Source of the DNA: Camelus dromedarius
Taxonomy: Eukaryota
DNA length: 64,000 nt
Assembly: GCF_036321535.1 (NCBI RefSeq)
Contig: NC_087436.1
Coordinates: 35,094,001-35,158,000 of the forward strand
Reading direction: 5' to 3'
Below, piece by piece: positions 48,996 to 59,400 of the stretch (positions within the stretch are counted from its first letter, which is position 1; each line of letters begins with the position of its first letter). A model generated the notes under the pieces. That model was not told the DNA's origin, made no database searches, and worked only from the letters and a program-made list of their open reading frames with translations. Position numbers and translations under genes: made by a program.

Positions 48996-51872
48996 CCCAA
49001 GACTGAATCAGGAAGAAACAGAAAATATAAAGAATAAACCAATTATCAGCAATAAAATAAAGCTTAATCAGTAATTTAAAAAACTCTCAACAAACAAAAG
49101 TCCAGGACCAGACAGCCTTCACACATGAATTCTACAAAACAACAGTTATTTAAAAGAAGAGTTAACATCTACCCTTTCCAAATTATTTTTTTTTAAATGA
49201 AGAGGAAGGAATACTGCCAAACTCACTTTATGAGGCCTGTATCACCCTGATACCAAAACTAGACAAAGATACCACAAAGAAGGAAAATTACAGGCCAATA
49301 TCACTGAAAAGAAGATGCAAAAATCCTCAATGAAATATTAGCTAACCAAATTCAATAATCCATTAAAAGGATCATAAACATAATCAAGGGGATTTAACCA
49401 AGGGATGCAATTTATCCAAGGGATGTTCAATACCTGAAAGTTAATCTATGCGATGCACTATATTAACAAATTGAAGAATAAAAATCATATATCTCACCTC
49501 AGTAGATATAGAAACAGCTTTTGCAAAATTCAGTATCTATTTATGATTAAAATTCTCAACAAAGTACATATAGAAGGAATGTAACTGTTAAGACACTGAT
49601 GAAATTTGAAGATGACGCAAACAATGGAAAGATACCATGCTCATAAACTGAAAGAATTAATACTGTTAAAATCATCATACAATCCAAGGAAATCTACATA
49701 GTCAATACAATCCCAATCAAAATAACAGTGGCATTTTTCAAATAGCTAGAACAAATAATTTTAATATCTGTATGGAAACACAAAAGATCCCAAAGCAATC
49801 TTGAGAAAAAAGAACAAAGCTGGAGGTAGCACAGTCCCTGATTTCAAACTATACCCCCAAGCTACAGTAATCAAAACATATGATTCTAGCACAAAAAGAT
49901 ACATAGATCAACGGAACAGAGTAGAGAGCTCAGGATAAACCCACACTTACATGATCAATTAATCTATAAGAAAGGAGGCAAGAATATACAGTGGGGAAAA
50001 GACAGCCTCTACAATAAATGGTGTTGGGAAAACTCAACAGCTATGTGCAAAAGAATCAAACTAGACTACTTTCTCACACCATGTACAAAAATAAGCTCAA
50101 ATGGATTGAAGACTTAAATATAAGACCTGAAACAATAAAACTCCTAAAAGAAAACATAAGAAGTATACTTTTTGACATTGGTGTTAGCAATATTTTTTGG
50201 AACTGTTTCTTCAGGCAAACGAAACAAAAGCAAAAATAAACAAATGAGACCGCATCAAACTAAAAAGCTTTTGCAGAGCAAAGGAAACTACCAGCAATAC
50301 AAAAAAGCAGCCTACTAAATAGAAGATATTTGCAAATGACTTATCCCTTAAGCAGTTAATATCCAAAATATGTAAAGAACTCACACAACTCAATATTAAA
50401 AAACCAAACAATCCAATTAAAAATGTGCAGAGAACCCAATACACATTATTCCAAAGGAGACATACAGATGGTCAACAGATACATGAAAAGATATTTCATA
50501 TCATTAATGATCAGGGAAATGTGTATCAGAACCACAATGACATACCACCTCACACTTGTCAGAATAGCTATCATCAAAAAGATAACAAATAACAAATATT
50601 TGCAAGTAGTAAAGGAAACTCTTGTGCACTGTTGATGGATTATGAATTGGTGCAGCCACTATGGAAAACAGTGGAGGTTCCTCAAAAAATTAAAAATAGA
50701 ATTGCCGTAAGATCCATCAATTTCACTTATGGGTATTTATCAGAAAAAAAAAACACTAATTGGAAGAGATACATGCACATCAATATTTAATGCAGCATTA
50801 TTTACAATAGCCAAGATAAGAAAGTATCCATCCTGAGGACATCCTCAATATCCATCAATAGATGAATGGAGAAAGAAGAGGTGGAATATACACATGCACA
50901 CCTTGTTCTATTGCTCTTCCTTTTACTTCACTTCACAGATAATGTTGAGTTTTTTGGTTTTTTTTTTTTTGTTTACAAATTGAAGGTTTGTGTCAAGCCT
51001 ACGTCAAGCAAGTCTATAGCCACCATTTTTCCAACAACATTTGCTTACTTTGTGTCTCTGTGTCACGTTTTGGTAATTCTTACAATGTTAGAAACTTTTT
51101 CATTATTGTTATTATGTCTGTTATGGTGATCTGTGACCAGTGAACTCTGATGTTACTATTGCAAAATTATGACTCATTGAAGGCTCAGATGATGGTCAGT
51201 ATATTTTAGCAATAAAATGTTTTTAATTAGGGTATGTATCTTTTTAGACATGATGATATTGCACACTTAATATGTTACAGTATAGAGTAAACATAAATTT
51301 TTATATGCACTGGGAAACCAAAAAAATCTGTGTGACCTGTTTTATTGAGATATTTGCTTTTACTGGAACCAAACCAATAGTTTCAGACATGCTTGTATAC
51401 AATGGAACATTACTCAGCCATTAAAAAATGAAATCTTGCCATTTGTGACAACTTGGATGGATTGATATGGTATTATGCCAAGTGAAATAAGTCAGATGGA
51501 GAAAGACAAATACTATATGATCTCACTTATATGCGAAATCCAAAAAACAAAGCAAAACCAAACAAAAATAGACTCATATATACAGAGAATAAATACGTGG
51601 TTGCCACAGGGGAGGAGAGTTAGGGGATGAAACAGGTGGATGGGATTAGGAGTATAATCCTCCAGTTATAAAATAAATAAGACGTGGGGATGTAATATAC
51701 AGCATAAGGAATATAGTCAATAATATTCCAATAACTTTGTATGGGACAGATAGTTACTAGACTTGTTGTGGTGAACAATTCATAATGCATGCAAATGTCA
51801 AATTACTATGTAGCACCTAAAACTGTATATTTTAAAAACATATACTATATCTCAACTATTTCACCAAAAAAG
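48996..51872 (+). mobile_element. 5'-truncated Laurasiatherian-type LINE-1 (ORF2 remnant and 3' UTR)
   Basis: AAAAGTCCAGGACCAGAC, GAAAATTACAGGCCAATATCACTGA, AATAAATGGTGTTGGGAAAAC; A-rich tail; probable TSD AAATCAT(A/G)GC. Confidence 0.9.
50893..51395 (+). mobile_element. Tigger1 internal-deletion derivative (Tigger1a_Art-like) nested in L1
   Basis: Tigger1 left end (TTTACAAATTGAAGGTTTGTG...CATTTTTCCAACA) fused at GTTACTATT|GCAAAATTATGACTC to its right end (GCACTGGGAAACCAAAAAA...CATGCTTG then TA). Confidence 0.9.
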
Positions 51873-54800
51873 GAAAAATCATGGCAATATTCATTTAAAC
51901 ATTAAAATATTATACCATTTAATTATATATCACCCTTTCAATTTTCTTCAATAATTTCAAACTAAAAGGAAGTTACAAAGGAAATACCATTGTTCCAGTT
52001 TGAAGGAGAATGCAATCTGTGCTTATTTCCTTTGTCTCAGTTAAGTGTATTCCCTGATTTACTGGGCATTAATTTGGGAAAGTTTCTGACTTATTAAACT
52101 TAGGTATCTTAGATTCCCAGTACATGACAGACACTAACATACAGGATGCATTCAATCATCATGATGATAATAATTATTATTGTTGTTGTTGTTGTTGTTA
52201 TTATTACTAGCTGAGAAAGAGAAACCTTGAATCTATTTAGTAAAGCAAAGATAAATTAAGGTTATCTGGTGCTGGGAATAGAGAAAAAGAGAAGAGGAAG
52301 GAAGGAGTTTCATGAAGCAAAAATTCCCAGCTTTCTTCGCAAAATGTTTGGTGAGGGTAAGATGAAATTCAGAAAATAATAAGAATCTACATCAAACATC
52401 ATTCTGTAAGAAAACCGGAGACAAATAATTTATAAAACAGAATAGTGACATGGTATATTTTACTCTGAATTGCCCCTCCTGTAGTAAGTACTATTGTATA
52501 TTAGTATAGTAATCATGTTATATGGGGGCAAAAGGAAAACAATTGTATTTCTAAACTATAATTCTATAATTTTGTACAAATTACCTTATTGGACTTATTT
52601 AATATTATAAATTTTATATGATGTTCTATAAAATACGAGAATTACAGAATATTATAATGTAAAAAGAGCTATACCTAATTCAACTAACTATTAACATTTA
52701 TAAGATTGTGAATAAATATTCTTTAGACTTGTATATCATAAATGTAACCTGCTGTGACAGCAGGTTCTGAGTTTAAGTTATTCTTCACAGGACTGTTCAG
52801 GTTTATGAGTTGGTGAGTTTCTCATGCCTGGAAAGAACAGAGATAGCTGATAACTTACTGGGGTAATTATCAGGGAGATCTGTAACACACATAAGATTCT
52901 ATGAGTCTTGGTAAATAGATGTAAGTGTATCAAACAAGCAGAATTTGCCTTGATCTAAAAATAATGTACATTTGATGTGAGTATTTTAAACCAAAGGATA
53001 ATGAACAAAATCTTTGAGGAACACTCTATTATCTGTCTATTATCTATAGCTGAAGCATGTTGTATGTTATACCACCCAGTACAACCCAAGGCTTCTACCC
53101 TGCCTCTCCAGTGTTGTATCCAGGGAGTATCAGCCATACTTAATTACCTAACTTAAATTTAATTTGAAAGGTACATCTTTTGTATGAAATTATAGTACGC
53201 TTATGAATGTCAAATATTTAGAAATATTGATTGTTTCAAAACATCAGCCACCTGACAGCTTTCACTGGGTAATTAAGTTTTGACTTCAGTTTTATAGGTC
53301 TTTATCTGTAAAGGTGTTGCTTTTTGACAGCTCCTTTAATGGTTATGTGGAATGCAGCTGTTGAACACATAACTGAAACAGAGATATGGTATATAAATAA
53401 CACACAGGATAACTTTCCAAAATGCAAATCACTGATATCCTACAGCTACCAAAGAATAAAAATCCTAGCAAGAAAGTCACACAGGAAGTTTCAGTAAGAA
53501 AATTTAAAAAACAGATTTCCTCTTTTTCTGTCTGTTTCTCTGTTAGTGATTTTCCAGACACAATATAGAGGTTCTGGTTTGAAATAGTCTTAGGCAGGGC
53601 TTCAGAGAAGTTTTTATTCCGTAAGAGCATACTATTTCCATTAAAGTACACACTGAGAGCTGAAAGATACGCCATTCTTTCAGGGAAGCAACACTCATAA
53701 ATCCTAGTAACATAAGCAATTCTAAAATAAAATCAAATTGGAGCACAGAACCATTTGGGGGCTGTTTTTCACATATTTTTTTGTGAGTCAAAGATTTCCA
53801 AAGAAATAGGATTGCATTTTCAGTCTGCACAATATCTCAGACCAGTAACACCTGTTGTTGTTAACCTTTGCTTCCTCAAAGTGATGTGTGAGCATAAAGT
53901 CGTCTAAGTGACTCATTAGGGCACCCCCACAAGTTCTGTGATAACATAAGTAGACCAACTAACAAATGTCCATGTGAAAGAGTAATGAATGTCTCTTTGC
54001 CAAGCTTCTTAATCTCTGCAATTTTCAGACTCTGAAAATGGAATGTGATTTACAGTTCTACAAATTTTATTGCTTTGGATTTCCATTTTTCTCTAATCAC
54101 AGCTGTGAAAAGAGACCTCAGAAGTCCCTTCTCAATTTTTATTTTAACCAAATAAATGAACATATAAATAAAATACAGCTAAATCCTTCATATGACTGGT
54201 GTCCCATAAGAGCAAAATGGTTGGCTTGGAATTAAAGAAAAATGTAATGTTTTTTGATATGTTGCAAGATGGATAATGAAAAGATTGTGCCAAATAATGT
54301 ACGATGTGGTGAAAAAACCCAAAACTAGTATTTCCAGTATCAGCATTTTCCCTTGGGTTTTGTGTTGAGCCCAGAGAAATCCTTCAAGTATGCCTTGTAG
54401 TTTTTAAATGAAAAAAAAAAAGTGGAAGAAATGCGTTTCTTGGGCTTTCGATTTGGCAGTCTATTCATTTCTTTTAAATACCTGAAGCCTAGAGATTGCT
54501 GCAATCAACTGGGAAATGCTCTACCATTGGGGTTTCTTCACTTAGCAAGCACCATCTTCTTCCTCTACCTTCTGCAGAGTAAATATCGATACTATAGGAA
54601 ATTAACCGAATTCCAGCACTGGAAATGAACAGAATGATTTGATACTTGTGACAGGTATTTTTGGAAGGAAAACATTTTTTATGGATTTTCATTGGACAGC
54701 AGACTAAAGTTTAAAGCTTGAAGAAAGAATTAGTTACTTTGGTTAGAGCATTCTGGCCTGGAAGAGTGACAGGAGGCTTGGCTTTCCCTCAACCTGTGGC

Positions 54801-55699
54801 AATGGGATGGTCTGTAATAGAAGGTTGCTGACCTCTTGAGTGGAAGTGTGAATAGTTTTCTTATCAGTTAGCCACATGGTAAACATTACGAAATTAGGAA
54901 TATATAATTTCAGAACTGGACTTTAAAGGCAGTATGACACATCTTAAACTGAACAACAAGCCTGATCTTAGCTATCTAAAAATTTATTTTAAATGAGCTA
55001 TTTCTAATTTTTTGTATCATATGACCAAGTAGTTCCCTTCACGTTCATACAGTGACATTCAACAAAAAAATCCCAAAAGGTAAGTCTGAAGTAGATTTTA
55101 GTAAGATGCGTAAGTGCTTTGAATTATTTTCTTCTTACAGATGTTGTATAATAAAATAAATGTACATACAAGATGATACAATAGAGTACTTTTTAACATT
55201 AAGATTTGGAGCAATATATTACTGAGGCCCAAAATACTCTGAGGAATGTAATATATTTCTAAAATTATAATTAGAAGATAACCTAGATATAGAAAATTCA
55301 AGTATTCTTGCTTTGATTTACTATCTATTAGCTATGTCTTTAAACAATCCTTTTATGTTTTCCACTTTTTAGCTGACAAATATATACAATGTGTGAATAT
55401 ATTAAATGACCCTAAAGTTTCCTTTTATCTCTAAAATGTTCTGATTTTAAGTCAGTAAAAATAAAATATAACTTAACACACAAATATCCACTTCTGTCCA
55501 CAACTCTTAAAGTTTATAAAGCACAGTTAAATACATGAAAACTCTCACAGAGATTACAGAAACCTATCAATACTACCACAGATTACCAGTAATAAAATTA
55601 TCTATTTATTCTGCCCGACATTTGGTGGTATAGGAGGAATCCTGTAGTTCAGTCAGTAGACATGCTATAAATAATTATAAGCAGCATACAGTGGAGACA

Positions 55700-55875
55700 G
55701 TAAACAGTGAGAGGAGAGGCAACCTAGTACAGAGATTAAAACACAGACTTTGGAGCTGTTCAAATCCTGTGTCTGCTATCTTCCAGCTCTGCGATCTTGA
55801 TCAAGTTGCTATACTACACCAAAACTATTTCCTAAAAGGGGGATAATAATGAGGATTAAATGAGGTAATGTATTG
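55700..55875. mobile_element. MIR SINE
   Basis: CAGACTTTGGAGCTGTTCAAATCCTG...GATCTTGATCAAGTT...TGAGGATTAAATGAGGTAATGTA. Confidence 0.75.
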
Positions 55876-56147
55876 CCTCACTCTTAGTAAATGTACAACG
55901 AATGGCAGCCATTGAGTTCAATCATGCTCTTAGATGTGTTATAGGAACCCAGAAATAAAAAAGCCAGTTGCTGCCTGGTGGAGTTCCAAGGAAATGTGAT
56001 ATTTGTGCTAGGTTTGAAAGATGAGAGAGAATTAACTGTATAAACTGGAGATAAGGGAAGGGCATTCCAAGGAGACGAAAAAATATGCACATAGTCGTTG
56101 AGAAGAAGCATGGAATAAGGGGATGCAAATGGTTTCCTGGCTGGAGA

Positions 56148-56148
<1 letters not shown>

Positions 56149-56202
<54 letters not shown>

Positions 56203-56220
56203 TGTGTATGTATGTGTGTG
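56149..56220. repeat. (TG)n microsatellite
   Basis: Read directly. Confidence 0.95.
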
Positions 56221-56568
56221 TTAGTATGGGAAGAGAGAAATTGGAAATTGAGTAAAGCTGATGCTTAAGCATAGATGTAAAATGTTGTGAAATGCTTTGT
56301 GCGCAAAGGATTTAGAGTTTAATGCTTCAGCAAACAACAGTGAAACATCCAAGGTTACTAAGTAGTAGCATAAACATAATATAAACAGACTTACTAATTT
56401 AGAAAAATCACATTCAAGGCAGTGTGGAAAATTGATGGATGGAAGTAAGACTGATAACAGAGACGCACCAGTTAGGGTCATCCCAGGCAAAAGATGATGG
56501 AAGCCAAAGCTAAGGAGAAACAGTGGAAATGAAAGGAAGAGACAGATTCAAGAGAAAGAACTGAACTT

Positions 56569-56630
56569 TGTGTATTAGGGTTCTCCAGAGAAACAGAACC
56601 AATAGTTAGTTCTGTTATAACTATATAATT

Positions 56631-56679
<49 letters not shown>

Positions 56680-57035
56680 CATTTTAAGGAACTGGCTTAA
56701 GCAATTGTAGAGGCTGGCAGGCCTAAAATCTGCAGGGTAGACCAGCATGCTAGAAACCCAGGGACGAACTGATGCTGCAGTTCAAGTCTAAAGGCTATCT
56801 GCTGAGAAAATTGTCCCTTACTAGGGGGAGGTCATTCTTTTTGTTCTATTCAGGCCTTCAACTGATTGGATGAGCCCCGCCTACATTGTGGAGGACAGTC
56901 TGCTTTACAAAAAGTACACAAATTTAAATGTTAATCTCGTCCAAAAACACTATCACAGAAACACCCAAAATAATGTTTGACCATTTACTGGGCACAGTGG
57001 TTCAGCCAAGTTGACACGTAAAATTAACCACCACA
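56569..57035 (-). mobile_element. MLT2-family ERVL solo LTR containing (GT)n at 56635-56677
   Basis: TGTATTAGGGTTCTCCAGAGAAACAGAACCAATAG...CAGGCCTTCAACTGATTGGATGAG...GCCAAGTTGACACGTAAAATTAACCACCACA. Confidence 0.9.
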
Positions 57036-57352
57036 AATATGTCATGAAGATTGATGGAAAGAACAAGAATGAGGAAAGCAAAAAGCTGAGGATGAATAGG
57101 TTTTCCCCTTGGTCCAAGGGGCATTATCAGAACTAAGAGTAAAAGAAGAGATAGACTGTGAATGGAAGGATGGTTGAATAATAAGTTTGACTGAATATAC
57201 TGAAGTTGAAATAACTGTGAATAATCTACATGAGGATGTTTCTTAGAAGATTTGATGTATGGGTCTGAAGCTCAGGTGAGAAACCAAGGATCAGAATAAA
57301 GACTCAGAAATCACTGGACTGTTTGTTTGGGAGTATAGATGATTCATGAGGG

Positions 57353-57550
57353 TAGTGATTTTCAAACTGAAAGCTCTTAAGAATCATCCGTAAAGTATTT
57401 TTAAAAAACAGATGCTGGTCTCCACCCTGAAAACACTGACTCCGAATTCTGAGAGCAGAAGCCCAGGTACCTGTATTTAGAAAATCTCATAAATGATTCC
57501 GATATGCAGCCAAACTTAAAAGCCACTACCTTAAAGTTTGAGAACCACTG
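57353..57550. mobile_element. MER5A/B hAT-Charlie MITE
   Basis: TAGTGATTTTCAAACT...CAGATGCTGGTCTCCACCC...TGATTCCGATATGCAGCC...AAGTTTGAGAACCACTG. Confidence 0.75.
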
Positions 57551-58507
57551 GCTTAAAATATACAACATGAAGCTAAATAAGATACCAAAGAAGAAGAATA
57601 AAATGCAGAGAATAGCACATTTTAAGGAGAACTGGTTAGGAGAACCCACAAAAAGAATCATCAGTAAGTCAGGCAGAGTAAAATTATAAGAGCTAGAGAA
57701 AAATAATCTTAAGGAGAGCTGGGTCAACAGTATCATATGGGGCAGAAATGTCAGTAAAGATAAAGAATGTAAAAAATAAAAGTTATTCAACTTGGTTTTC
57801 CTTGATTAAATCTCATTTGACCTACTGACAGCAAAGGAGTGTTCAAGTCTTAGGAGTAGGAAGCCCCATTTTTACTGCCTACTCCCACTTTACAGGTTCC
57901 CAGAGCTGAAAGCAGCTGTTCCACAAGGCGGCAGCTGGCCAGGACATTTTTTGTTCCACTGAGCTAGGAGACAAGACAGGCACAAAACAAGATACAGATT
58001 CAAAGAAAAAGACTAAATAAACTATATCGTAGACATCAGCCTGACCATTATGTTTAGAAACCAGCAGGATGACATGTAGAAGTCATTGTATATATCTTCC
58101 AGCTGGAAAATGTTTCTAACTAAGGAAAGGAGGCCAGAAGAATTTTCAAAAGAATTGTTGAGACTATGAGTTGTAAAGGGAATGTAACAAATCCTACCTC
58201 AATGTCACTACAACAAATGTCAAGTTTTATCTCACAAAAGCCCTATGTTCATCCATCTTAACTTATACCGAGACTTTGCATTAGAGCCAAGTTCTAAAAG
58301 AAGATGCTATAGAACCACAGCTAGAATATAATCAAAACATGTCTCTTCAAGCTTATGTCCATTGGACTAAATCTCTCGTAACAGCTAACTTAGAAAACAC
58401 ACCATTGATCCTTCTTTGGGGGAACGATCATTCATAACATTTTGTCCTCACTCTGGCAGGCCGGTAGTGTACACAGCGCTTCAGTTGGGAAATTAGTGAG
58501 AATTCAC

Positions 58508-58562
58508 TGGAACCAAATCTGGGCTCTAAAACACCAGGCTCTAACCAACTGAGGTAATCAGT
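58508..58562 (-). pseudogene. tRNA-Ile(AAT)-derived relic (MamSINE1 head or tRNA pseudogene)
   Basis: Minus strand ACTGATTACCTCAGTTGGTTAGAGCCTGGTGTTTTAGAGCCCAGATTTGGTTCC versus tRNA-Ile GCCGGTTAGCTCAGTTGGTTAGAGCGTGGTGCTAATAACGCCAAGG. Confidence 0.6.
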
Positions 58563-59279
58563 ATATTTGAAAATTACTGACAGAAAGCTAGGATATATGG
58601 TCTCTTAGACAAATTTTAACTTGCCAATTTAGGTACATATAAGTACACAGGTATATATAGTTAAGAAATATCTTGCTTGGAAAATGAGTGAGGAGAACTA
58701 ATGCTATTTCTACCTTTTACTATAATTAATTATATTAGAAACATTTCCTGGTTTGGAAGATCAACTGAAACAAAATGACATAATAATACACAAGGAGAAA
58801 ACTTAGCTATTTTTTTAAACTCAGAAGGATTCTCATAACTGCCATTATTTTCATTGGCTTAATCAAAACAAATAGTCCTGGAAAGCATTATCAGCCGATA
58901 ATTTCTGTATTTCCCTCAGTCCAAAGCCTATTTCTTTCTAATTCAGTTCTTCTCCTATATGCTAGTTCTTCATCACTATATGCATAGTGATGAAGCTAAT
59001 GCTTCGTGTGCAGCAGGATTTTAATCAAATAAACAACATTCAGGTTCCTATTTGAAAACCAGGATCTTGCCTCATATCCTATCTCATCCTCACGGCCCAC
59101 AAGTGTGCCAGTCAAATACTACGTTCTCATGAAATTACTGAGAATAAGACTCATACCAATGGGTACACTCCAACACAAACGGTCTTATGTAACACTTAAC
59201 TACCCTCAATTACAACCCACCAGGATGGCACTGAAGATTAAAACTGAAAGCTGAAGTGCACTTGGATATCCAACTCAAT

Positions 59280-59400
59280 TTTTTTCAAATTCATAGATGC
59301 AGAATTGGAGAGTTGAAGCAGAGAAGTAACTTACTCAACGTCCCACTATCAGTGAGAAATAGAGCCAAGACTTCAACTTGGGTCTTCCTCCTGAGTACAG
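59280..59400. mobile_element. MIR SINE fragment
   Basis: ATAGATGCAGAATTGGAG...AAGTAACTTACTCAACGTCCCAC...AGAGCCAAGACTTCAAC. Confidence 0.6.

Larger units (their letters stand above)
55900..57790 (-). mobile_element. Long L2 fragment interrupted by a microsatellite, MLT2 and MER5
   Basis: Antisense L2 landmarks in order on both sides of the insertions (GCTAGGTTTGAAAGATGAG, TTTAGAAAAATCACATTC, GGTCTGAAGCTCAGG). Confidence 0.7.

Noticed and set aside
50018..50635. ORFs resembling a polymerase-associated protein
   Set aside because: Frameshifted L1 ORF2 fragments.
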